A DNA stretch of 64,000 bases from a virus. Made by a program: the position numbers and the translations under genes. The stretch is taken from the IMG/VR virus record IMGVR_UViG_3300009702_000500, positions 28,333 to 92,332 of that record; one strand, written 5' to 3'. The notes beneath the pieces were generated by a model, which ran no database searches, had not been told where the DNA came from, and saw only the letters and a program-made list of their open reading frames with translations. How positions within the stretch are numbered: position 1 is the first letter of the stretch; the number at the start of each line of letters is the position of its first letter. Positions 40,163 to 50,200 of the stretch are shown here, piece after piece.

Positions 40163-40596
40163 AAGATGATGTTGTGATAGGAAAAAGATCTAAGATATGG
40201 CATCCTGAGTTGGTCAATATTTATGGATGTACTATAGGAAATAATACAACAATAGGAGCATTTTGTGAGATTAGAGGGGATGTTGTAATAGGTGATAATT
40301 GTAGACTTCAGGCTTTTGTGTTTATACCTGAAGGTGTGGTTATAGGAAATAATGTTTTTATAGGACCTCATGTGTGTTTCACTAATGATAAATATCCGAG
40401 CGTTGAAGGCGATTGGGAAAGATTGTCTACAATAATAAAGGATAATGTTAGCATAGGGGCAGCGGCCGTTATATGCCCAGGAATTGTAATAGAAAGTGGC
40501 GCTGTAATAGGTGCTGGATCTGTAGTCACTAAGAATGTTCAAAAAAATACTGTAATTATGGGCAATCCAGCTAGGATTACAAGAAAGGATGAGTAA
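40147..40596 (+). CDS. Left-handed beta-helix N-acetyltransferase (WbpD/WlbB-like)
   Basis: Hexapeptide repeats, FTNDKYP, IGAGSVVTKNV, GNPAR. Confidence 0.88.
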   Translation: MGMPIKDDVVIGKRSKIWHPELVNIYGCTIGNNTTIGAFCEIRGDVVIGDNCRLQAFVFIPEGVVIGNNVFIGPHVCFTNDKYPSVEGDWERLSTIIKDNVSIGAAAVICPGIVIESGAVIGAGSVVTKNVQKNTVIMGNPARITRKDE

Positions 40597-41480
40597 TGAG
40601 TAATATAGTATTATTTGCGGTTTGGAATAGGCCTGAGATGTTTTCTATTGTGACGGAAAGTTTAGTAGAAGCATACAATTACTACCCATTTCCAGACCTC
40701 AAGTTTGTTTTTGCAGTGGAAGCACCAAATGACCCTAAAGTATTAGAGTTAATAAGAGATTTTCCATTTCCAGTGGAAGAGGTAATAGTAAGACAACAGC
40801 ACTTTGGTCTGAGTAAAAATATATTAGAAGCAATGAAGTCAGCAATGGACAAGACAGACGATTTTATATTTTTTCAGGCGGATGATATAGTAGTACATAA
40901 AACCTTTTTCAAATTCTACGATGCTTTATTAAATACATATACTGATCCTTTTTCTACCCATACTCTGGCCATCTATAAAGAGGGTGGTGATATAAATATA
41001 GTTAATAAAGGGCACCATTATGATGCGGCCGGAGCTTGTATTTCTAAAGGGTTTTGGCATAAGTATATTAGGGTTTGTTCTAATGAAGCTTTTTATAAGA
41101 ATCGCGCACAATATGTTAATAAACTTGATAATTTATATAAGGCTTCCTTTCCTAGGCCATATAAATTCAAAGCCGGTCAAGGACAATATAATCAGCAGGC
41201 TGGTCTTATTAATAGACTAGTTGATGTTGCGCTTATAGAAGACAACATATACTCAACTATGGTAAATGTAGCAAGGGTACGTAATATAGGGTTCTATGGA
41301 AGAAATCGCCCAGGCGGAGCACTAATAGGTTCCACTTTTGAAGAACGTTTAGAATATTTAAGGGGAGTTATAACGGATAGAGATAGTATTTACGCTCTAA
41401 CTGCCGCTAAACAATATACTGATTATATTAATTTTGATAAAAATTTGGATAATTGGGATGGGAGCATTATTATTAAATGA
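40596..41480 (+). CDS. Putative GT-A fold glycosyltransferase
   Basis: WNRPE, GL..NI, ADDIVV, RVRNIG pattern. Confidence 0.65.
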   Translation: MSNIVLFAVWNRPEMFSIVTESLVEAYNYYPFPDLKFVFAVEAPNDPKVLELIRDFPFPVEEVIVRQQHFGLSKNILEAMKSAMDKTDDFIFFQADDIVVHKTFFKFYDALLNTYTDPFSTHTLAIYKEGGDINIVNKGHHYDAAGACISKGFWHKYIRVCSNEAFYKNRAQYVNKLDNLYKASFPRPYKFKAGQGQYNQQAGLINRLVDVALIEDNIYSTMVNVARVRNIGFYGRNRPGGALIGSTFEERLEYLRGVITDRDSIYALTAAKQYTDYINFDKNLDNWDGSIIIK

Positions 41481-42238
41481 AATTTTCGGCGTGTTTATTA
41501 ACATTGAATGAAGATAGGTGGATTGATCTTTGTATAGAGCATATGTATGATTATGTAGATGAAATAGTGTGTTTAGATGCTGGTAGTACTGATAAAACGT
41601 TGTCAATAATAAGCAATTATGACAAAGTACGTTATTATACTGTACCACAACCATCATCGTTAAGAGGTAGCCCAGGATGGCATGAAGGAGATAGACGTAA
41701 TATACTTCAAGCAGCTGCCAAAGGGGATTGGATCCTATGTTTGGGGTGTGATGAGCTTATAGAGGATGCTGCCTGGCAGAATATACATGATTGGTTAAAC
41801 AACGATGATGTATTAGGATGGGGGTTTTATAGAATCAATTATATGTATAACTTTGATTGGCATAAACCAATTCACCAACCAAATAATGGTGGAGAGGTTA
41901 GAATATATAGAAACTCGCCTAGGATAAAGTGGGAAGTTAACAACGCACATAATTTTCTCAGATATTATAGTGATCAACATTCTGCAAATAGAAATTTACA
42001 TCATAACAGTGTGCGTATGTATGATCATCCTAATGTTATTAATACTAAATACCTTATCCATCATATGCATAGAATAGGGATAAGAGGTCATGACCCTGTC
42101 CATAATAGAAGAGACAAAGTGCCGGGTATAGTGACGGAGGAGTATGTTAAAACACACGGCTTCTATAGAACCAAGGACAATAAGTATTTTAGACCCATAA
42201 AGTATCCAAAAATTTTATATGATAAGGGTATAATATGA
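41477..42238 (+). CDS. GT2-like glycosyltransferase
   Basis: NE..WI, VDEIVCLDAGSTDKT, RN, GDWIL.L..DE. Confidence 0.85.
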   Translation: MKFSACLLTLNEDRWIDLCIEHMYDYVDEIVCLDAGSTDKTLSIISNYDKVRYYTVPQPSSLRGSPGWHEGDRRNILQAAAKGDWILCLGCDELIEDAAWQNIHDWLNNDDVLGWGFYRINYMYNFDWHKPIHQPNNGGEVRIYRNSPRIKWEVNNAHNFLRYYSDQHSANRNLHHNSVRMYDHPNVINTKYLIHHMHRIGIRGHDPVHNRRDKVPGIVTEEYVKTHGFYRTKDNKYFRPIKYPKILYDKGII

Positions 42239-42693
42239 ACCAGAAATTAAAGAATATAAGAGCAATAAAATATAATGCGTCATTGCCCAACCCTACTTAT
42301 AAGTTATTTGGTCAGCATGTTGATGTAGGTGTCGGAAGCTTAAATTTAACTAAACCAGTACATATACGTGAGGGATGTGAATTTGATTTGACTGGTAATA
42401 TTACTATAGGACAACACACGGAGATTTCTAAATATGTTCACTTCTTTACACATAAACATAATTGGCAAGAATCTAGAGGACTTAGAAAAGATAATCAGCG
42501 AGTAGAGGCTATAGACTTAGTTATAGGCGAAGATGTATTCATAGGGGAGTCAGCTCTAATTATTACTGTAAAGAATATAGGAAAGGGTGCTGTGATAGGT
42601 GCAGGCAGCGTGCTTACTAAAGATGTTCCGGAGTACGAGATATGGGCTGGAAATCCTGCTGTTAAAATAGGAGAGCGAAGTGAACAACCTTAA
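42235..42693 (+). CDS. Hexapeptide-repeat acyltransferase
   Basis: IGEDVFIG, IGKGAVIGAGSVLTKDVP, WAGNPA. Confidence 0.85.
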   Translation: MNQKLKNIRAIKYNASLPNPTYKLFGQHVDVGVGSLNLTKPVHIREGCEFDLTGNITIGQHTEISKYVHFFTHKHNWQESRGLRKDNQRVEAIDLVIGEDVFIGESALIITVKNIGKGAVIGAGSVLTKDVPEYEIWAGNPAVKIGERSEQP

Positions 42694-43582
42694 AATAGTG
42701 GGAATAGTAGCACAGGATTGGGCAAATGCTGCGTACAATGTTTTTCAGTCACTAAAACGTTACGGTATGTCTGCTAGTTTGATAACACTTTATAAACATA
42801 AAGGCGGATTTAGTGGTAAGTACGATATAGGATATTGGAATCAACGTAGTCGGGGCAATGATTTAATTAGATCTGCAGATTTGTACATTATATTTGAAAG
42901 TGGGGGCACTATTCCTTTTTTAAAGAGTTTGCCACTACAAAACAGGCCACGAGTTTTAGTAGTAAATTCTAGTTCTTTCTATCATAAGCCAAGTAAGTTT
43001 GATGCTATTCGTCCTTTTGGAGACATTATGGTAGGACTTACTGCTAATTACCCTGTTGACGACATCATTCTGTGTAATCAGCCAGTAGATGAAAACAAAT
43101 TTAAGGTACGTACCAATTATAATCAGATAGGTACACGTGGCTTATGTGCTGGTGCCGCTCCATATATGAATAGCCATAAGACAAAGAAGGGATTATTGAC
43201 AATTGAACATAAAATGCCCTTACATTATATTATGGGTGAGACACATGATACTGCGCTTAAAAGAATGTTGGATGAGTGTGATATATTCACACATGGTATC
43301 TATTTTGCGTATGGATACACTTTAGTTGAGGCCGCTATGATGGCTATTCCTTGTTTTGGCAGTATATTGGACAGAGATAAGAAATATTTACTACTAGATG
43401 GAGAATATCCAGTATACGATATAGGTAGGGAAGGTGAAAAAATATCAGAAATGTTAGACTTTTTTTCACACCAGGAAAATAGAGAGATGGTAGGTAAAAA
43501 ATTGCGACAGTGGGCCTTGAAGTACCACAGTCAGAAAGCATGTTTTGAAATGTGGACAGAAATATTTCAAAAGGTGTTATAG
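42680..43582 (+). CDS. Putative GT-B glycosyltransferase
   Basis: KKG...CDIF...YG...VEAAMM.IP C-terminal GT-B signature. Confidence 0.65.
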   Translation: MNNLKIVGIVAQDWANAAYNVFQSLKRYGMSASLITLYKHKGGFSGKYDIGYWNQRSRGNDLIRSADLYIIFESGGTIPFLKSLPLQNRPRVLVVNSSSFYHKPSKFDAIRPFGDIMVGLTANYPVDDIILCNQPVDENKFKVRTNYNQIGTRGLCAGAAPYMNSHKTKKGLLTIEHKMPLHYIMGETHDTALKRMLDECDIFTHGIYFAYGYTLVEAAMMAIPCFGSILDRDKKYLLLDGEYPVYDIGREGEKISEMLDFFSHQENREMVGKKLRQWALKYHSQKACFEMWTEIFQKVL

Positions 43583-43598
43583 GAGAAAATAAACTACT

Positions 43599-44219
43599 AT
43601 GGATTATAACAAAGTAGAGATAAAAGGACATCAAAGAGCCGGTAATCATTACTTAGCGTATTTAATTAATAATAATTTTTTTAATTATGATAATTATTAT
43701 AGTTTATTTAATAATGGAAATCATAAATTTGGATATGAACATACTTCTTTCAATTCTGATACATTATACATTTATATTTATAGAAATCTTGAAGATACCG
43801 CCAAATCTTTTTTAAAGATTAGAGGCAGGTTTTGTATCGGTACCAGTAAATTGGACGATTTACTGTCAGACAAACCTATGAGGCTATATGCTTCCAAAAA
43901 GGAAGCCGTTGGTATAGTGTTAGATAGGGATGCTATTGAAGCATTTAAAAGGGCTGGCGATAGTGTGCATCGTAGAAGTAATTTTACATTTACGTTTGGA
44001 GATTTAACATTTAGGGAATGGCATTCGAAGCATATATCTTCTTGGACGAATATAAAGAGAGATAATTTAATATTCATCAGATATGAAGATTTAATTCAAG
44101 ATTTTCATAACACTATGTTATATATATCTAGAAAGTTAGGATCAGATAGAACAAATTTTATTAATATGGATAAGAGGTTGGGGGTGCTACACAAAGGTGC
44201 AGATGTATGGACTGGTTAA
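43599..44219 (+). CDS. Sulfotransferase-domain protein
   Basis: G.QRAGNH.L (PSB-like), YIYRN..D...S, W..H...W, IRYEDL. Confidence 0.75.
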   Translation: MDYNKVEIKGHQRAGNHYLAYLINNNFFNYDNYYSLFNNGNHKFGYEHTSFNSDTLYIYIYRNLEDTAKSFLKIRGRFCIGTSKLDDLLSDKPMRLYASKKEAVGIVLDRDAIEAFKRAGDSVHRRSNFTFTFGDLTFREWHSKHISSWTNIKRDNLIFIRYEDLIQDFHNTMLYISRKLGSDRTNFINMDKRLGVLHKGADVWTG

Positions 44220-44848
44220 AATCTGAAATTATAGGGGCTGATAAAACATTAGTGGCTTTTGGAGGAATTGCAAATCAATTAATGATGCCAGTGTTTGAAT
44301 TTTTTAATATATTGAAATCATACAAGTTTAATAAAATATTTATAAGAGATTTAACACAATCTTGGTACTATAAGATAGGCCACGAAAAGATAGCAAAAGA
44401 GTTAATCAATATAATCCCACATAATACTACTAAAATATTTATTGATACTTCATCTGGTGGTTTTGCTTCAATTTTAATTGGTAACATGGTACAAGCAGAT
44501 GTTGTGTTGGCATTTTCTCCTCAAACTTTTTTAGATGTTGATTTTCGTGAAAAATATAATGACAATAGATGGCGTAGTGAAATAAGAAATGTACACTCAG
44601 TTACAACAAATAAAGAGAGTTTAAGATTGTTTGATATGATTTACGATAATGATATTACTAAATATTACATTTACTATTGTAAAAATTTCAAAATAGATGC
44701 TATACACGCAAAAATGATAGCTGATAAAAAGAATTTTACAATGATGCCTCAAAATTGTAATACTCATGTGGTTGTAAAATGGCTGAAACAACATAACTTA
44801 CTTTTAAATATTTTGACAGGAGATAATTTATGGAACAATATGAAGTAA
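44207..44848 (+). CDS. Alpha/beta-hydrolase-like protein (possible glycan acyl-modifying enzyme)
   Basis: T-S-S-G-G elbow-like motif, AFSPQT, D..HA and a C-terminal His. Confidence 0.5.
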   Translation: MDWLKSEIIGADKTLVAFGGIANQLMMPVFEFFNILKSYKFNKIFIRDLTQSWYYKIGHEKIAKELINIIPHNTTKIFIDTSSGGFASILIGNMVQADVVLAFSPQTFLDVDFREKYNDNRWRSEIRNVHSVTTNKESLRLFDMIYDNDITKYYIYYCKNFKIDAIHAKMIADKKNFTMMPQNCNTHVVVKWLKQHNLLLNILTGDNLWNNMK

Positions 44849-45567
44849 TATGTATAGGAACAGGAGAAATAGGTAAACCTTTGTATGAGTTGTTTAATGG
44901 AGTATATAAAACGCTGCCGATAGATCCAGTTAGGTTCTCGGAGAATACGAGTATACAGGCCAAATGTGATTATTTACATATTTGTATACCAGGAGCACTG
45001 AATAATTTTAGCGATGTAGTTTCTGACTATATAGAAAAATATAAACCACATACAGTGTGTATTCATTCTACTGTACCGCCAGGAACTACAAGAGGCATAG
45101 GCTTATTTGTTGATGCGATAGTGATTCATACACCGGTTCATGGTAAACATAGAGGAAATTCTATGAAAAAGGACATGCTAAGATACCCAAAATATTTGGG
45201 AGTTCCAGAAGGTCTTCCAGATCATGATATTAAAATAATTGTGGAACATTTTAGTAGGGTAGGTTTTTATGATATCCGACCGTTTAGAAAACCAGAAACT
45301 ACAGAATGGCTTAAAGTTTTGTCTACTACTTATTTTGGATTACAAATAGCTTGGGCGCAAGAAGTTGAACGTATATGTAATAAATTTAACCTTGATTACA
45401 ATGAGGTGTCCGATTTTTTTTCTATTCAAGAGGATGCTAAAACCCCAGCTTGGCCGGGAGTGATAAAGGGTCATTGTGTCATGCCTAATATAGATATAAT
45501 TCAAGAGGTTTATGATTCTATTGCTGCTGACTTTATAAGGAAATCAAATGATTTGAAGGAGAAATAA
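44830..45567 (+). CDS. Short UDP-glucose/GDP-mannose dehydrogenase family protein (WbpA-like C6 dehydrogenase)
   Basis: IGTGEIG, HSTVPPGTT, E..K, catalytic GHC; lacks the C-terminal domain. Confidence 0.8.
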   Translation: MEQYEVICIGTGEIGKPLYELFNGVYKTLPIDPVRFSENTSIQAKCDYLHICIPGALNNFSDVVSDYIEKYKPHTVCIHSTVPPGTTRGIGLFVDAIVIHTPVHGKHRGNSMKKDMLRYPKYLGVPEGLPDHDIKIIVEHFSRVGFYDIRPFRKPETTEWLKVLSTTYFGLQIAWAQEVERICNKFNLDYNEVSDFFSIQEDAKTPAWPGVIKGHCVMPNIDIIQEVYDSIAADFIRKSNDLKEK

Positions 45568-45571
45568 GTAA

Positions 45572-46738
45572 ATGATTATAAAATTTGTGGATCTAAATCA
45601 GCAATATAAAAGTGTATACTCTGAGATATTAAGTAATATTAAAAATTGTATTGCTAATGGTCAATTTGTTGGTGGTTATTGGGTGGACGGCTTTCAAAAA
45701 GATTTTGCCAAGTTTCATGATATAGAACATTGTGTGGGTGTTGGTTCTGGTACCGACGCATTGTGGTTGGCGTTGCTTGCCTTAGGTATTGGTCCTGGAG
45801 ACGAAGTCTTGGTGCCTGCTAATACTTTTATTGCTACTGCTCTTGCTGTTACTCATACTGGCGCCAAAGTGGTATTTGTAGAAGTAGACCCACATACTTA
45901 TAACATTGACTATGAATACTTAGACAAGTATGTAACTCCTAAAACAAAGGCAGTTATACCAGTTCATTTATATGGTAATCCAGTTGAAATGGATGGCCTT
46001 ATGTTATTTGCTAAAGAACATAATTTAAAAGTGGTGGAAGATTGTGCACAAGCTATTGGTGCTACTTTTAATGACCAGCCTGTAGGTACTTTTGGCGATG
46101 TGGGATGTTTTTCATTCTACCCCACAAAAAATCTTGGCGGGCTTGGACAGGGTGGAGCAATAATTACTAGAGACAAGAAAATAGCAGATAAGATAGAAAG
46201 TATGGCAAACGTAGGTAGAAAAAAAGGATCACACTATGAGTATGTAAACATTGGATTTAATTCAAGATTAGATTCTATAAACGCTTTATTTCTTGATATT
46301 TGTTTAAAAGAAGTAAGATCTTGGAATCTATATAGGCAATCAATAGCACGGCTATATAATACAGTAATAGATGGAATACCACAACTAAGTAGCCAAAAAG
46401 TTTTGGATGTTGCTTCTAATGTATATCATTTGTTTGAGTTAAAATGTCCTGACAAGACTACGCGCGACACCCTTAAATTGTTTTTAGACACGAAAGATAT
46501 TGCTACAGGATTACATTATCCAATACCTTGTCATAAACAGCCAATTTATTCCGATCATTCTGAAGAATCATTTCCAGTGGCTGAATATTTATCTGAGTCT
46601 TTACTATCGTTGCCTATGTACCCTACTCTTCCAGTAGAAGATGCTACGGTGGTTGTGTCAGCAATAAAAGAATTTTTTGAGGCTTCTAGTGTAAATAGAT
46701 CGGCATTAAGGAAGAAGTTATCATGGCGAATAAAATAG
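45572..46738 (+). CDS. DegT/DnrJ/EryC1/StrS PLP aminotransferase (WbpE/WlbC-like)
   Basis: SGTDAL, PVHLYG, EDCAQA, SFYPTKNLG, NSRLD, HYP.P.H, LSLPMYP. Confidence 0.93.
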   Translation: MIIKFVDLNQQYKSVYSEILSNIKNCIANGQFVGGYWVDGFQKDFAKFHDIEHCVGVGSGTDALWLALLALGIGPGDEVLVPANTFIATALAVTHTGAKVVFVEVDPHTYNIDYEYLDKYVTPKTKAVIPVHLYGNPVEMDGLMLFAKEHNLKVVEDCAQAIGATFNDQPVGTFGDVGCFSFYPTKNLGGLGQGGAIITRDKKIADKIESMANVGRKKGSHYEYVNIGFNSRLDSINALFLDICLKEVRSWNLYRQSIARLYNTVIDGIPQLSSQKVLDVASNVYHLFELKCPDKTTRDTLKLFLDTKDIATGLHYPIPCHKQPIYSDHSEESFPVAEYLSESLLSLPMYPTLPVEDATVVVSAIKEFFEASSVNRSALRKKLSWRIK

Positions 46739-47196
46739 AACTTATTGTAAGTGAAATAGATGGTATTATAACAGATCATCTAATACCTATAGATGAATTA
46801 GGAAATGTTCCTTTCAAAGAATTTTGTATGAAAGATTTTGAAGCCATAAATATGATAAAGAAGTTGGGATATAAATTCATCTTTGTCGCTAAAGACAATA
46901 GAATAAACTATCATTTATGTAGAAGAAAGAATATACCTTTCTTTTGGAGCGAGCAAGGAAAGAAAGAGGCTTTTCTCGCGGGGTTAAGAAGATATAATAT
47001 AAGCCTAGAAAATACTCTATATATAGGAAGCTCTTATTCTGATATAGAACTATTTAAAATGGCTCAGGTATCTATTTGTCCTGCTGATGCTGTAACTGAC
47101 ACTAAAGTTCAATCTGATGTAGTATTACAAACTAATGGTGGTTGTGGAGTACTGTGTGAAGTCTATGATGTGTTAAGAAGTAAAACATTAGGATAA
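46723..47196 (+). CDS. KdsC/YrbI-like HAD family protein with degenerate catalytic motifs
   Basis: EIDGIITD, F..KD, CPADA, GG.G...EV; motif I reads ExD. Confidence 0.75.
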   Translation: MANKIELIVSEIDGIITDHLIPIDELGNVPFKEFCMKDFEAINMIKKLGYKFIFVAKDNRINYHLCRRKNIPFFWSEQGKKEAFLAGLRRYNISLENTLYIGSSYSDIELFKMAQVSICPADAVTDTKVQSDVVLQTNGGCGVLCEVYDVLRSKTLG

Positions 47197-47200
47197 AAAT

Positions 47201-50200
47201 ATGGATTGGTTAAAAGGATATAATAAAAGAAGAAAAATAACTATACCAGCTGGATCGGTCAGTGAAGATCTTACTGACTTTCCTGTGTTACTTCATATAT
47301 CTGAAAATGGTTCTGGTATTACTCATGTTGATACTAGTGACATTCTAGATTATAAAGAGAGTGTGCTCTTATATGATGAGTGTAATGGTTCTTTTTCCGC
47401 TAATTGGATAAGTCACACTAATTATGAGTCTTCATCAGATTTTTCAGGTGGTGCCATGGCTTTAAACATTCAACAGGGCATGGATCGTGAGGGATGTAAT
47501 GCACTAACAAAATCAACTTTTGAATGTAATGGGCTGTTTAGTATAGAATTTGATTGGTGGCCTGTACCTAGTAGCGGTTGGTATAATGATAATTTTACTG
47601 AGAGCCAGAATGATATTAAAGTAGTAACCCCTAATCCACAGTATAACGCCAATGGTTGGCGGTATAATAGATGTGAACAGGAGGTTGGGGCTAATAGTTT
47701 TTTATCTTTAAATCTGCGATCTAATAAAAGTAATAAAGTGACCATTAGACAACGCATCAATGGTGGGGTCGCTACTCTTCTTGATCACTCTTTTGTTTAC
47801 GGGAGTCATCATTATATAAAATGGGAGGTAGATTTTAATAATTATACTACCGAAGTGTTCATAGATGGTGATAGTATGGGTGGTAAAGTTACTTGGTCCG
47901 CCTCGCTAATAACCTATATTTCAGATCATTTTAAATATAATTTTCATTGGAATAGTTATGGTCGTACAGCATCTCAAAGGTATGACAACATTATCATCAG
48001 AGGTGCTAATACAGATTTATTACAATCCGTTATGATGTTTGAAGGGCAAGAATGCTTCATGGAGGCGGTACAACAATCATCAGCAGATAAAGAAGCATGG
48101 GTGTGGGTAAAGGTACCTACAATTTATTCTGGTGCTGATACTGTTTTATATTTATATTATGATAAAGACCCAGATATTCCGGTATCATCTTTCATTGGAT
48201 TTACTACCTCAGTACCAGCACAAAATGTTTGGGATGACAATTTTGTAGGAGTCTGGCATATGAATCAACGTCCTGCTGGTACACATAGTATTTTGGATTC
48301 TACTTCAAATACTAATCACGGTACTACGCATGGATACATGAACAGTGCTGATTTAGTAGATGGACAGGTTGGTAAAGCAATAGAATTTGATGGTCAGGAT
48401 GATTATATTAGTGTATCAAATGATTCTAGTCTTAATTTTGGATTGACAGGTTTTTCTGTGTCTTATTGGTTAAACTTTAATGTAGGAACTACCCAGCAAA
48501 GGTGGTCTATTGGAAAAGGTTATCCGTATCAAAGCCTTAGAACTGGTTGGGCAGTGGCTAATTGGACAACAGGCGACCCGATAACTCCAGGAGTATATGT
48601 TAGTGATGGAACTGATTACCCTACAAACCATGATATTTATTTTGGGTCTTCTATGAATCGGGGAGACTGGTATTTGCTTACATTTGTTATAAATCGAACA
48701 ACTGATAATTTAGATTTATACTTTAATGGCGTTTACGATAGTACACTGGATATATCATCATTGGGGAGTTTTGATGGTACAGATCCTCTCTACATTAATG
48801 CTGGATGTGATAATTACAATGTTAATTACGCAATCATAGATGAAGTAAGAATATCAAAAACAGCAAGATCAGCAGCATGGATCGATGCTACATATAAAAC
48901 CAGTAATGATAATTTAATCATATTTTCTGATACGGAATACTTATTGGGATTTGCTCCACCATATCCTAATATGTGGATTACAGATGATTTTATTTTTAAA
49001 TGTGAAACGTATTCTATAGGAGTATATGACACTAGTGCTAGTGGTTTAGGAAATATCCAAGTTATACAGCGACCTTCTTCGGTTTGGGCAGATGATGATT
49101 ATCTGTATATAGGAACAACTGCTTCTGGTATTCTCAGGCATCCTATGACCTCTATATCAGGCGGCATTTATACAGATTTAATGGATTATAAACAGTACCC
49201 AGATATTACTAATAATGGTGTCATATATATTCATGGTGCTGGTGATTATTTATGTGCTACTACAATTTCTGGTGTCGATCGAATAAAAATTTCTACTGAT
49301 GATCATATATCCTCTAAATATTCTGCCGATTTTGGTAAGTGTTTTCAAATAAGTAATGGTGATATGTATTATCTAACACGTATACAAAAATTAAATCTTC
49401 CATATGATCCAAAGTATTATAGGCGTATTGATTTTACTGATTTAATTTCTAGGGATGATTACCAAATAGAAATAAATTTTGATTATACCAATTTTGATTA
49501 TGATAAAGTGGGTTTATATAATGGCGGAGATATAAAATTCTTTGATAAGGTTGGTAATCTCGTCCCTTATTTTATAGATAGTTATACAGACGTTACTTCT
49601 ATATGGGTGAAGCCTGCTATTGGTGTTGATTATGTTTATATGACATATGGTACACGATACACAGTTACTGAAAGCGATCCTGAGAGTGTTTTTATGTTGT
49701 ATGATTCTTTTAATTCTACTGTATTAGATTTGAATAAATGGACAGTGGTTGGTGATTTGGCAAAATTTTCTTCGGATGGTGATAAATTAACTTGTCATAA
49801 TGGAGATCATGATTATATTGTTAGTAGTGGTACAGTTACCTTCCCGGTAATTATAGAACAGTACCTAAAGAAAGATTTTGGAGGGTCTACAAATGGTGTA
49901 TGTTATACCAACCTATTAACTTCTGAAGATGATGGATTATATTGGTTTAATGACACCAATACAGCAAGAAAAGTTGTATTTAATACAGAGGAATTTACAC
50001 GTCCTTCGACGCACAGAAGTTATGATAATACTTATTATACTTTGAGTACATTAATAGATAATAATAGAATACAGATGAAAGTAGTGAAAGACGATGGTAC
50101 GGTGTATATAAATGATGTATGGACTGGTGAAACCAGCGGTTTACCGGAGCGACATGTGAAATTATTTGGTGGATATTCTACGCACACATCTAATTATGTA

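Noticed and set aside
34865-47196. Glycan island as a T4-like DNA glucosylation system
   Set aside because: Not excluded but disfavoured: no hydroxymethylase or other base-handle enzyme is visible in the window, and the number of transferases suggests an oligosaccharide.
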